The notes beneath the pieces were generated by a model. That model did not search any database and was not told where the DNA came from. It saw nothing but the letters and a program-made list of their open reading frames with translations. Position numbers and translations under genes: made by a program. A DNA stretch of 64,000 nucleotides from Acidobacteriota bacterium (GTDB lineage Bacteria > Acidobacteriota > Vicinamibacteria > Vicinamibacterales > UBA2999), in NCBI GenBank assembly GCA_013140775.1, contig JABFSA010000014.1, forward strand, positions 15,376 to 79,375. Direction: 5' to 3'. Below are positions 27,713 through 36,914 of the stretch, in pieces (the first letter of the stretch is position 1; each line of letters opens with the position of its first letter).

Positions 27713-28720
27713 CTAACGATTTGAACCCTCAGCGGCGGTCCGGCCCCTCGGCCCGAGCTGGCCGAATCCGCCGTCATTGCAGCTCAAGTTGGGAGCGCCA
27801 CCAGGAAGACCCTGGCGCTCGATCCAGCCACAGCAGTAACCGGGCGCGCGTGTGCCGCACGCAGCCGGTGGAACGTAGGTATTGCGGATGGTTTTTCGAT
27901 ACTCGGGATACAGCGTGTACGCGTGACCCATGGCGGCATCTTTTGGCAGGTTGAACGTGCGCACCATGAAGTTCTCTTCGGGGTTCTTGCCTGGCAGATA
28001 GTGCGGAACCTGGCCCGTGTCTTCGAGACTGGGGATCTCGTTCCCGGTCACGCAGATACCATCCTCAAACTGATTGCCGCGGGGATCATACTGCCAGACG
28101 CGGCTCACGACGTGCGGTTCGCTGAGGTAGTAGGGATCCCGCTGCACCGTGATGATCGTCAAGAGGTCGTCGTGCCGCGAGATGAACGTGGTCATAGTGG
28201 ACTCGTCGCTCGCAGGGATGCCCACGCCACGGCGAATCCAGCTCGCCTTCACGTGCGTGGTCTCTGCCACGAGGATGTCGCCCTGCCAGCGTCCAGTCGT
28301 GAATCCTCCTTCGACGTGCTGTGCATTGGCTGAAGGATGGGGTCGTCCGTCCATCCAGATCCTGAGCTCGCCTCGCAGGTTGTCGCCCGCAAGAATCCAG
28401 GCAATCACGTCAGTCCCGCTTGGTCCGAGCTCTTTGACGATCTGCACACCACGTGGCCGGTATTGGAAGACCCCGACGCCCTGGGCAAGACACTGCCGTT
28501 CATAGGTGGACGGCAGATTTGACGTATACAGCAGCGCCTTCGCCCGACCGTCGTCAGTGAGAGGCATGCCTGTGAAGTTCCCCATGAACTCCCCGGGGCC
28601 CCGCTCGATGTAGTCCTCGTACATCCGTGAGGTGTACGCGCCGGACAGTTCCATCTGGGCGAACGCGGGTGTCGCAGACGCGACCAGGATGAGTGCCAGG
28701 GCTCCGACTCGGTTCAACAT
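27713..28720 (-). CDS. Secreted 'large partner' protein, subfamily II with Cys-rich tail (close paralog of 15159-16169)
   Basis: RMYEDYIERGPGEFMGNFTGMPLTDDGRAKALLYTSNLPS; PGYCCGWIERQGLPGGAPNLSCNDGGFG. Confidence 0.82.
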   Translation of the reverse strand: MLNRVGALALILVASATPAFAQMELSGAYTSRMYEDYIERGPGEFMGNFTGMPLTDDGRAKALLYTSNLPSTYERQCLAQGVGVFQYRPRGVQIVKELGPSGTDVIAWILAGDNLRGELRIWMDGRPHPSANAQHVEGGFTTGRWQGDILVAETTHVKASWIRRGVGIPASDESTMTTFISRHDDLLTIITVQRDPYYLSEPHVVSRVWQYDPRGNQFEDGICVTGNEIPSLEDTGQVPHYLPGKNPEENFMVRTFNLPKDAAMGHAYTLYPEYRKTIRNTYVPPAACGTRAPGYCCGWIERQGLPGGAPNLSCNDGGFGQLGPRGRTAAEGSNR

Positions 28721-28779
28721 CCGTCCACCCCCAGTTTGATGATCCTCAACGCGACAGGGTCATCGGAACAGTGTGGAGG

Positions 28780-28808
28780 TATATAGCCCGGACGACGGGC
28801 GACCGCAA
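28780..28808 (-). promoter_or_regulatory. Possible sigma-70 promoter for the 28720->19477 gene run
   Basis: Minus strand TTGCGG-17 nt-TATATA with an AT-rich stretch upstream. Confidence 0.35.
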
Positions 28809-28824
28809 TATCTATTTGTTTATG

Positions 28825-28896
28825 AGGTGCGAGGGTGCGGGAGTGCGGGGGTGCGACGGTGCGAGTGCGAAGGTGCGAGGTGCGAAGGTGCGAGGG
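28825..28896. repeat. Imperfect tandem 6-8-mer tract (about nine GTGCG-cored units)
   Basis: AGGTGCG AGGGTGCG GGAGTGCG GGGGTGCG ACGGTGCG AGTGCG AAGGTGCG AGGTGCG AAGGTGCG; short copy at 42611-42627. Confidence 0.8.
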
Positions 28897-29433
28897 TCAA
28901 AACCGCCACGCGAGGCCAATTCGGATGGGCGCGACCGCGAGTAATTCCCCACCTTCCGAACCGATCATCAGTCGGCCGTCAGCAAAGAGGCTTGCGCGCG
29001 CGCCGAGTGGCACGTAGAGCCCGCCGCCAAACAGCGCCGCGCGCACGTCGTTGGTCACGGACTCGGGGAACTGTGCGTTGACGTTCGGCCGCGACCGGCC
29101 AGCGGCGAATCCCACGAGCCCGTACGGTCCAACGCGGTCACGCCCGAACGGTGCGACGCGCAACTCCGCGGCAGCCAGCGTCAGCGTTCCACCACGAAAC
29201 GTCGAAAAGCTATCGCGCCCTTCCGCGCTTGTTTCTGTCGAAAGGTGCGTTCGTTCGACGCCGACAAGGATCGCCAGGGGCGAATCAGGAAAGAAGCCCA
29301 CTCCGGCAGCGAGGCTGTAGCCGCTGTCGATGAGCGTGGGACCAGCGGATGCGTGTACAGCGAATGACTGCGCATGCGCCGCGGACGGATACCCAACAAG
29401 CAGAAAAACGAGCAGACCAGGCATGAATCGCAT
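28897..29433 (-). CDS. Small outer-membrane beta-barrel protein
   Basis: AHA-Q signal; alternating strands; PYGLVGFAAG; C-terminal GLAWRF. Confidence 0.78.
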   Translation of the reverse strand: MRFMPGLLVFLLVGYPSAAHAQSFAVHASAGPTLIDSGYSLAAGVGFFPDSPLAILVGVERTHLSTETSAEGRDSFSTFRGGTLTLAAAELRVAPFGRDRVGPYGLVGFAAGRSRPNVNAQFPESVTNDVRAALFGGGLYVPLGARASLFADGRLMIGSEGGELLAVAPIRIGLAWRF

Positions 29434-29444
29434 ACCCGGTCGGC

Positions 29445-29460
29445 TGCAAGGCAGGTGCCG
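29445..29460 (-). promoter_or_regulatory. Sigma-54 (-24/-12) promoter, apparently leaderless
   Basis: CGGCAC-CTGCC-TTGCA, 11 nt before ATG 29433. Confidence 0.72.
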
Positions 29461-29531
29461 AGGCGTGGTAGCATCCGCGCCGTCGATCCTGCCCTTTCCG
29501 GGACGGTGAGCAAATGAGAGAACCCGCACAG

Positions 29532-30440
29532 ATGCGCGCGTGCACGTGGATTTTTCTGGCCATCCTTGCCTTCGCCGTCATTCAACGTCCATCGGTCACC
29601 CTGGCGCAGGGCGGCGGGGCCCCGGGCGGCTGGGTGACACCGGACTACGCCGAGCCTCAAGTGCCCGTGGCCCGTCGCTCGTCAGCGCCGCGGCGGAGCA
29701 TGGCCGGCACGTGGATCCCAATCGGTCGTTTCGGCACCGGCACACAGGCGGGCGGCGTGCACCTCAAGCCGAACGATGGGCGTCCCGAGAACCAGCTCCC
29801 GTACACGCCTTTCGGACTGAAGCTCTACGAGACGCACAAGGCGCTCGAGGGCGCGGATGCCGTACCGCCGGCACTGGGTAACGACCCGAGAAACCTCTGC
29901 GAGCCCCTCGGCATGCCCCGCGTGAACCACTACAACCTCAACCTCGTGCAGATCATGCAGGACGACTACAAGGTCGCGATCCTGTATCAATTCGACAACA
30001 GGTGGCGTGTCATCTGGACCGACGGCCGCCAGCTGCCGACGGTCGTCGAGGGAGGCGCGGTGAAGCTCGGTGACGAGATCCGCGAGCAGCGATTCCTCGG
30101 CTATAGCGTCGGCCGCTGGTCGGACGATACGACGCTCGAGGCCGTGACCGTGGGGACCATGCCCGAGGATCGTGTGTGGCTCGACTCGACGGGTCGTCCG
30201 ATCACCGATCAGGTGCGCGTCACCGAGCGGATCCGACGGCTCGATTCCCACACCATCGAGTGGTCGGAAACGATTGACGACCCGAAGGTCTATTCGAAGC
30301 CATGGGAGACGATGAGGCTCCCGATGCGGCTGGCCGATCCTCGTACCGACGTCATGGAGTACTACTGTTCGCCCGTCGAGCAGCAGAACTACAACCGGCG
30401 ATTCGGCAACAGTGCGAGCGGCGGCGCAGGGGGCCGGTAA
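29532..30440 (+). CDS. Secreted 'large partner' protein, subfamily I
   Basis: Signal peptide; NDPRNLCEPLGMPR; RVIWTDGR; GYSVGRWSDDTTL; DDPKVYSKPW; MEYYC. Confidence 0.8.
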   Translation: MRACTWIFLAILAFAVIQRPSVTLAQGGGAPGGWVTPDYAEPQVPVARRSSAPRRSMAGTWIPIGRFGTGTQAGGVHLKPNDGRPENQLPYTPFGLKLYETHKALEGADAVPPALGNDPRNLCEPLGMPRVNHYNLNLVQIMQDDYKVAILYQFDNRWRVIWTDGRQLPTVVEGGAVKLGDEIREQRFLGYSVGRWSDDTTLEAVTVGTMPEDRVWLDSTGRPITDQVRVTERIRRLDSHTIEWSETIDDPKVYSKPWETMRLPMRLADPRTDVMEYYCSPVEQQNYNRRFGNSASGGAGGR

Positions 30441-30471
30441 TCCCCGCATGGCTTCGGAAACGGAGGCGCGT

Positions 30472-30879
30472 ATGTTCAGAGTGCGAGTATGTGTCCTGAT
30501 CGCATCCCTGGGACTCGTGGAGCCAGTTGCGATGGCCGCTCATCACGGCAGCGCGGCGTTCGAGTCTGGCAAGAGCGTGGTGCTCAAGGGCACTGTGAAG
30601 GAGTGGGTGTACTCCAACCCGCATTGCCTGCTCGTGCTGGACGTCAAGCGTGAGGACGGCACGCTCGTCGAATGGGTGGCGGAGGGCCAGGCGCCCAACA
30701 CCATTTTCCCTGTGGGCTACCGCAAGGATTCGTTCAAGCCTGGAGATCAGGTGGCGATCACCGTCGAGCAGGTGAAGACCGGCCAGCCAGTCGGCCGGAT
30801 TCTCGAAGCGGTTCTCGCCGACGGCAGCGTGCTGGGGCGAGCCTCCTCGGCAGGCGCCCCCCCGCCGCGCGATCAGTAA
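30472..30879 (+). CDS. DUF6152 family secreted protein
   Basis: GGAGG RBS; AMAA-HHGSAAFE, KGTVKEWVYSNPHC, WVAEG, FKPGDQV. Confidence 0.85.
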   Translation: MFRVRVCVLIASLGLVEPVAMAAHHGSAAFESGKSVVLKGTVKEWVYSNPHCLLVLDVKREDGTLVEWVAEGQAPNTIFPVGYRKDSFKPGDQVAITVEQVKTGQPVGRILEAVLADGSVLGRASSAGAPPPRDQ

Positions 30880-31052
30880 GTCGATCTATCCAATGCGCGT
30901 GTGCGACCAGATGTCGCTCCGCGAAACCGACGTACTCTCACATACTCAGCCTTCGCCGCCGAACAACACGCTAGGCCAATACACCTCCCACGGTTTCGCT
31001 CCGGACATCTGGTCGCACACACGCGTAAGACGGTGCGCGGCGTCGCCGTCGG

Positions 31053-32660
31053 CTAACGAACAGGAATGGTCTGCGCCCAATACACCCAGTCGCGTCCTTC
31101 TGGCGGGCCAAGCTGCTGTCCGCCTCCGCCGCCGCCACCACCCTGCGGGCCACCACCGGCGTTCGCAGCCGCCTCAGCCGGAGGCGCCGGAGCAGCCAGA
31201 ACCTCGTTGAGATAGGTGACTCTCCCCTTCAAGCCCATGGCCTGCAGCTGGATTCTCGCGTTCTGGCGTAGCTGATACGCGTTGCCTGTAAGGTTGTAGA
31301 TGGACGGGCGTGCCATTACGACGCCGTGGCCCGACAGCAGCACGCCCGCCTTCTTGCCAAGCGCAGCTGCAACACCCTGTCCGAGCGCGGGGTTCGACAG
31401 GAGCGGCTGCTTGGGATCGAGCGTTGACAGATTGAACACTGCAAGCCCGTCGCCGATGAAGGCAGCGCCGTTCACGATGGGGCGCAGTGGCACACCGCGT
31501 GACAACGCGACGATCTCCGGCGGCTGCGCATACAGCACGGCTTTCACGTCGGGATTCGCCTTATAGATCTCGTCGTCTATCGACAGCCCCATCGTGTCTG
31601 GACTCGGCTTGGTGATGTCCCGCTCGATGATGTCCTTGTCGGTGACGCTGCCCGGTGCGGCGGTCGCCACGAAGTAGCTGTTGGGGTTGCTCGGATGCCG
31701 AATGCTGACGTGGCCGGCGGTCCCGAGTATTCCCACGGACTCATCGGAGAGGATGCGGTTGGCGAGCACGAGGTCGTGACGTGCGGCGCCTACGGGATCG
31801 GCGGGCTTCGTCGGCATGGGCGCAGGGTTCGTGGGCACCTGGCCGTTCTCGGCAAGCAGGTCCACGCGTCGATAGTGGTCCCACGCCTTCTTATCCGCGG
31901 CCTCGTCGTCCACGATCGCTTCGGGCTGTGCGGAACTGCCGATCGACACGGCGGCCATCTGCGATCGCGCGTTCTCTCGCAGCGCGGTCACGCGATGGAT
32001 CACCTCGGGCAACGATCGGGCGGCCAGAGAAATGCCGTGGCCCCACAGCAGCACCGCTTCGTTGCCACCCATCTTCTCCGCCATCGACTGGCCAAGCAGA
32101 TTGGAACTGACGATGCCGTTGCGGCCACCGTTGAGCGGCCGGATATCCCAGACGGGGACAGGCTTGTTCGGTCCCCAGTACAGCGGGACCGAGGTCGCAC
32201 CGAAGGCCACGAACTCCGGCGAATGCGCGTGCACCACCGCCATCACATCCGGCCTCGCCTTGAAGATCTGGCCGTGCAGATAGATTTCACGCGCGCTGTC
32301 GTTGCGAGGACCGTTGACCGGGACGCTCTCGAGGTCGTACTCGACCATGTCACTCAGGGTCGCGCCACCGGGCGCGACGAAGCGAGCCATGTACCAGTGG
32401 TTGGGGTTCGTCTTGCTGCGAGCGCTCACGTGGGCCTGGATGTCCAGAATGCCCACTTCGCGCGTGAGGATGCGGTTGGCGAGGACAAGATCTTCGAGCA
32501 GTTCCTGTTCCGGAAGTGGCGCCGCTGGTTGAGATGCGGCTGCCTGATCCCCTGCTCCAGCACCAGCGTTGCCTGTCGGCGTTTCAGAAGAGCAGCCCAC
32601 CAGCAGCAGTGCGCCGAGAACCACCGTCACCGGACGCCAGGTCAGCATCGTGCGTGTCAT
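31053..32660 (-). CDS. Lipoprotein with tandem class II aldolase/adducin (decarboxylase-like) domains
   Basis: GGAGGAG RBS; LLVG-C lipobox; two DLVLANRIL..HVS repeats; domain 1 has EIYLH..VVHAHS..GHG; domain 2 has VLYAQP. Confidence 0.85.
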   Translation of the reverse strand: MTRTMLTWRPVTVVLGALLLVGCSSETPTGNAGAGAGDQAAASQPAAPLPEQELLEDLVLANRILTREVGILDIQAHVSARSKTNPNHWYMARFVAPGGATLSDMVEYDLESVPVNGPRNDSAREIYLHGQIFKARPDVMAVVHAHSPEFVAFGATSVPLYWGPNKPVPVWDIRPLNGGRNGIVSSNLLGQSMAEKMGGNEAVLLWGHGISLAARSLPEVIHRVTALRENARSQMAAVSIGSSAQPEAIVDDEAADKKAWDHYRRVDLLAENGQVPTNPAPMPTKPADPVGAARHDLVLANRILSDESVGILGTAGHVSIRHPSNPNSYFVATAAPGSVTDKDIIERDITKPSPDTMGLSIDDEIYKANPDVKAVLYAQPPEIVALSRGVPLRPIVNGAAFIGDGLAVFNLSTLDPKQPLLSNPALGQGVAAALGKKAGVLLSGHGVVMARPSIYNLTGNAYQLRQNARIQLQAMGLKGRVTYLNEVLAAPAPPAEAAANAGGGPQGGGGGGGGQQLGPPEGRDWVYWAQTIPVR

Positions 32661-32742
32661 ATCTCTCCTCCGCCAGGTTAAAGCCGATGCGCGAGTCGAA
32701 GGCGTCGCGGCCTTCGACTCGCTGTCACGACAAAGCTGTCCC

Positions 32743-34383
32743 CTACTGGGACACCTCCCATACGTACACCGCGCCCGATTGCGGCATGGAGTTGTCATTC
32801 TCGTTGCCATTGACACCGGCCACGCCGCCACTTTCCATGCGCGCGCCGGTGACCAGTGTGCGGCCGTCGCCAGTCACCGCGACGGCGGTGCCGAACTCGT
32901 CGTATTCCTCAGCGTTGCTGGCCTTCATGTAGGCCAACTGGGCCCACGACGTTCCAGTGCGCCTGAAGACATAGGCCGCGCCGCTCTCGACCGCAGAATC
33001 GTCTTTCTGGTCGCCGTCGATTCCCCGCGCCCGGCTGTCCTCCATCGGCGCCGCTACCAGCAACGTGTTGCCATCTGCGCTCAAGGCGAGGTTGGCTGCA
33101 AACCAATCCTGCAGTTGCGGAGAAGACGACTTGATGAACGCCTGCTCTGTCCACGTGCCGTTGCCGCGCACCCAGACGTACGCGGCGCCGGCTGATCCAC
33201 CCGACGCGTCTTCGGGTTTGTCGGTGTTGCACCCCTGCGGACTGATGCCACCCAGAAGGCACGATTCATCGGCGGCGCCTCCGATGATGGTGTTGCCATC
33301 GGCGCTGATGGCGATCGAAAAGCCCAGCGCGTCGTTGCCCTCGGAGCGCGAGCCCTTCAGATATGCGTCCTGCTTCCATGCCCCACCGGCGCGGTTAAAA
33401 ACATAGAGTGCGCCGGACCCGTTCGCCCCATTCCCCTGATCCGCAACATTCACGCCGCGGCCAGGTCCGTCTTCGTCATAGCCAGCCGCCACCAGCGTGT
33501 TTCCGTCGTGGCTCAGGGCGACGTCGTACCCGAAGAGGTCGGCTGCTTCAGTATTCGAGCCCTTGACGTACGCCTGCTGCGCCCAGCTGGTGCCCGTCCG
33601 CGAGTAGACGTACACGGCGCCAGCGGAGTTTGCGGAATCGTCCGCGGCGTTGCCGTTGATGCCCGTGGCCACGCTGTCTTCGGTGATGGCACCAACTGCG
33701 AGCGTGTTACCGTCGCCGCTCAAGGCGATCGAGGAGCCAAACTGATCTCCGTCCGCAGTCGGATCGTCCAGATCTGCCGGGTGGCCAGTGTTCGACGCCT
33801 TGACGTATGCCTGTTGCGACCAGGATTCACCGGACCGCACGAAGACGTACGCAGCGCCGGCCTGGGGCATGGAGGTGTCGTTCTGATTGCCATTGACGCC
33901 GGTGGCAGCGCTCGGCTCCCAGGGAGCTGAGACAGCCAGAGTATTGCCATCGGCGCTCACAGCAACGCTCATCCCGAAGAGGTTGCTCTGACCGGCATTG
34001 GACGCCTTCACATACGCCTGCTGCACCCAGGCGCCGTTGCGCCGGACGAACACATAGACAGCACCCGAGTTGTAAAGCGAGTTGTCGGCAGCGTTCCCGT
34101 TGATGCCCCGGGCATTGCTGCTCTCGTGAGGTGCGCCGACGACCATCGTGTTGCCGTCGGCACTGACGGCGAGCGCACTGCCAATGTGTCCAGGCAGCGA
34201 ACCACCGCACGCGAAGTGGTCACCCATGTCGGGGTTGGACGCCTTCAGGTAGGCCACCTGCCTCACCTGTGGGACGGATGACGATGGTGCGGGCTGCGAC
34301 TCGGTGCGGGCGCAGCTGATGGCGGCAGCGGAGACTCCTAACGCGACAACGGCCGAAAGCCCAACCCTCGGTCCTCGAATCAT
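32743..34383 (-). CDS. FG-GAP/integrin-alpha-like repeat beta-propeller lipoprotein
   Basis: AIS-C lipobox; repeated GAVYVF.R.G..W.QQAYVKASN...FG.SVALS.DG.TL.VGA. Confidence 0.87.
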   Translation of the reverse strand: MIRGPRVGLSAVVALGVSAAAISCARTESQPAPSSSVPQVRQVAYLKASNPDMGDHFACGGSLPGHIGSALAVSADGNTMVVGAPHESSNARGINGNAADNSLYNSGAVYVFVRRNGAWVQQAYVKASNAGQSNLFGMSVAVSADGNTLAVSAPWEPSAATGVNGNQNDTSMPQAGAAYVFVRSGESWSQQAYVKASNTGHPADLDDPTADGDQFGSSIALSGDGNTLAVGAITEDSVATGINGNAADDSANSAGAVYVYSRTGTSWAQQAYVKGSNTEAADLFGYDVALSHDGNTLVAAGYDEDGPGRGVNVADQGNGANGSGALYVFNRAGGAWKQDAYLKGSRSEGNDALGFSIAISADGNTIIGGAADESCLLGGISPQGCNTDKPEDASGGSAGAAYVWVRGNGTWTEQAFIKSSSPQLQDWFAANLALSADGNTLLVAAPMEDSRARGIDGDQKDDSAVESGAAYVFRRTGTSWAQLAYMKASNAEEYDEFGTAVAVTGDGRTLVTGARMESGGVAGVNGNENDNSMPQSGAVYVWEVSQ

Positions 34384-34475
34384 GACCACTCCTCAAATGC
34401 AGACAGTGTGTGGGACGCCTGGCTCAAACAACGGCCAGCACTGTCTCATCCTCGGAGCGAGGGAGTCAAACGGAG

Positions 34476-34571
34476 GGCTCTGGGCTTTAGGCTTTCGGCC
34501 CTGGCGCTGGCTTTAGTCTCTAGTTGGTACGAACGACCACGCCTAGAGCCTAAAGCCGAGAGCCGAGAGCC
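34476..34571. repeat. Inverted heptamer tracts forming an imperfect hairpin
   Basis: GGCTCTG GGCTTTA GGCTTTC GGCCCTG ... TAGAGCC TAAAGCC GAGAGCC GAGAGCC. Confidence 0.75.
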
Positions 34572-34572
34572 T

Positions 34573-35283
34573 TCAGTGTCGCGCCTTCGCGGCTTCGTCC
34601 TCCGCGTCGCGGCGCCGCTTGTTCTCGTCTTCCGCCGTCTCGCCCACGTGGGTCTGCTCGCCGCCGGTTTCGAGTCCAATCACATCGCCGGGCTGCGCGC
34701 GTCCACCTGGGTACGGGCTCGGTTCAGGTGCATGCGCCTGACCGATGGGATCGTTGTCGCGTATCAACCGCTCGCGGCGTCCACCGGCGAAGTCGGTGCT
34801 TCCCCACCACTCCGGACTCCTGAAGTCTGGCCGCTCCCATGGCGGTAGCGCGCCGGCTGAGTACGACCCCGGTCCTGTCACGTTGCAGGCTCGGGAGGTC
34901 TCATCAGTGAAACGGTTGATCTGCGTTTCATCGAACTCCTGGAAGGCGTCCTTGTCGAAACCAGGAAAGCGTTCCACGCGATCTTTTGTGACATCCGCGA
35001 CGAGCACCTTGCGGTCGCGGTCGAACTGCGCATGGCCTACCGGCAGCAGGAACAGTCTGGATTTGAACCAGCCTCCCGAATCGACGGCAATGTAGTAGGG
35101 CCGGCCCGACGCCGAATCCACGACAAATCCTTCAACCTCTCCAAGCCGCTCCCCCGTGGGGCTCTCGACATTCATCTCGTCGAAGTCAACCACCTGATCA
35201 GCGAACTCATCGGCATCAACGTGCCGCAAATGTGGATACGGATGATCCAAGGCTTCCCCCAATCCGCGCGTCAGTGCGCTCAT
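34573..35283 (-). CDS. PRC-barrel domain protein
   Basis: VESPTGERLGEVEGFVVD...YIAVDSGGWF..RLFLLPVG...VTKDRVERFPGFD. Confidence 0.85.
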   Translation of the reverse strand: MSALTRGLGEALDHPYPHLRHVDADEFADQVVDFDEMNVESPTGERLGEVEGFVVDSASGRPYYIAVDSGGWFKSRLFLLPVGHAQFDRDRKVLVADVTKDRVERFPGFDKDAFQEFDETQINRFTDETSRACNVTGPGSYSAGALPPWERPDFRSPEWWGSTDFAGGRRERLIRDNDPIGQAHAPEPSPYPGGRAQPGDVIGLETGGEQTHVGETAEDENKRRRDAEDEAAKARH

Positions 35284-35294
35284 ACAGGTAATGA

Positions 35295-35310
35295 AGCAAG
35301 AGGGTTGCCG
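35295..35310 (-). promoter_or_regulatory. Sigma-54 (-24/-12) promoter, apparently leaderless
   Basis: CGGCAA-CCCTC-TTGCT, 11 nt before ATG 35283. Confidence 0.68.
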
Positions 35311-35323
35311 GTCCGTAATGAGG

Positions 35324-35353
35324 TCGAGCCCCCAGCCCCGAGTCCCGAGCCCC
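35324..35353. repeat. Short heptamer tract (CGAGCCC/CGAGTCC); related tract at 44428-44450
   Basis: CGAGCCC CCAGCCC CGAGTCC CGAGCCC. Confidence 0.6.
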
Positions 35354-35500
35354 GGAACGTGGCCTTACAGATGCCCGCAATTCGCCACCGAATCGGTAAG
35401 AAACGGGTGGGTAGTGGCGAAGTCAGCCATGGGCTGCGATACTTACGGGGACACGTTGGTCGGTACGGCACCGGCTCCGGCACGGACGAACGAAGGAGTA

Positions 35501-35932
35501 ATGGGCATGGGCATTACGAGGCGAGCAGTGGCAATCGTCGGCGTCATCACCGCGCTGGCGGGAATCTCGGTGCAGGCGCACCACTCCTGGACGGCGGTGT
35601 TCGACGAAGACAAGCCGATCGTCGTGACGGGAACCCTGACGAAGGTCGAGTTCGTCAATCCCCACGGCTGGATCTGGATCGACGTCAAGAACGCAGACGG
35701 GACGGTCGCCAGCTATGGCGTCGAAGGCGGCGCGCCCAACGGCCTCATCCGGAACGGTGTCACCAAGAACTCGATGAAGCTCGGCGAAACGCTGACCGTC
35801 CGTGGATATGGCTCGAGAGACGGTTCGAACCTCATCGCCGGCGTGAGCTACACAAAAGCAGACGGCTCCCAGTTCTTCCTTGGCAATGAAGGCGCCGAGA
35901 ACGCAGCCAAAGCCAAGGGCAACCTCAAGTGA
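35501..35932 (+). CDS. DUF6152 family secreted protein
   Basis: AAGGAG RBS; VQA-HHSWTAVFD, TGTLTKVEFVNPHGW, VEGGAPN. Confidence 0.85.
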   Translation: MGMGITRRAVAIVGVITALAGISVQAHHSWTAVFDEDKPIVVTGTLTKVEFVNPHGWIWIDVKNADGTVASYGVEGGAPNGLIRNGVTKNSMKLGETLTVRGYGSRDGSNLIAGVSYTKADGSQFFLGNEGAENAAKAKGNLK

Positions 35933-36894
35933 GGGTGTCGGACAGTCAAGCGAGAACACGGGTTCCGGCAGGCGTGAAGACGATCGCGTTCGCAGTCGCG
36001 ATATTCATCTGCGTTCTGGCCGGGTCTCTCCCGACCCGCATGCAGGCGCAGTCGAGGCTGGCAACAGCCGGCGTGTATTCCTCGGGTCAGGCGCAACGCG
36101 GCGCGGCCGACTACAAGGCCCGCTGCGCGAAGTGCCATGGCGCTCAACTCGAAGGCCTCGCCGGCCCTCCACTGGCGGGCGCGGATTTTCTCAACATCTG
36201 GAAAAGCCAGCCGCTGTCGGACCTCTACGGCAAGGTTCACATCACGATGCCGCTGGATAGCCCTGGCACGCTGACGCCAGCGCAGTCCACGGCCCTCGTG
36301 GCGTACATCCTTCAAGGCAACAAGTTTCCGGCGGGCGGCGCGGATCTGCCTTCAGACGAGCCGGCGCTGAAGCTGATTGCACTCGCACCGGCAGGCACTC
36401 CCGCAGCACCGAGAACTGCCGCAGCAGCCGTGTCGTTCCCGGCAGTCGGCACGCTGAACCAGGTCATGCGCGGCATCCTGTTTCCCAGCTCGAACGTCCT
36501 GTTCGACGTGCAGACGCAGGATCCCGGCGCATCGGAGAAAGCTGGAGCCAAGGCCGGGGCCGCCACCACGTCCGTCCGCTACGGCAATGTCTACGGGCCG
36601 TGGATCGGCGTTGACGTCGCGGCCATCGCGATCGCGGAGTCTGCCCCGCTGCTCATGACACCGGGACGACGGTGCGAGAACGGCAAGCCCGTGCCGGTGG
36701 ACCGCGCCGACTGGCAGATGTACGTACAAGGACTCGTCGAGGCGGGTCGCGTCGCCTATAAGGCGTCTCAGTCCAGAAGCCAGGACGCCGTCAGCGAAGC
36801 CACCAACCAGATCGCTGACTCCTGCGCCAACTGCCATCGCGTCTACCGCGATGTGGCGAATCCTGCGATGCGGTGTACGCCCCCAGCCCCTTAG
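35929..36894 (+). CDS. Diheme cytochrome c: class I domain fused to a cytochrome c'-like helical domain
   Basis: CAKCH with downstream TMP (Met ligand); C-terminal CANCHRVYR; GTGA overlap with the DUF6152 stop. Confidence 0.85.
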   Translation: MRVSDSQARTRVPAGVKTIAFAVAIFICVLAGSLPTRMQAQSRLATAGVYSSGQAQRGAADYKARCAKCHGAQLEGLAGPPLAGADFLNIWKSQPLSDLYGKVHITMPLDSPGTLTPAQSTALVAYILQGNKFPAGGADLPSDEPALKLIALAPAGTPAAPRTAAAAVSFPAVGTLNQVMRGILFPSSNVLFDVQTQDPGASEKAGAKAGAATTSVRYGNVYGPWIGVDVAAIAIAESAPLLMTPGRRCENGKPVPVDRADWQMYVQGLVEAGRVAYKASQSRSQDAVSEATNQIADSCANCHRVYRDVANPAMRCTPPAP

Positions 36895-36914
36895 ATCAAA
36901 ACGATAATCCTGCC

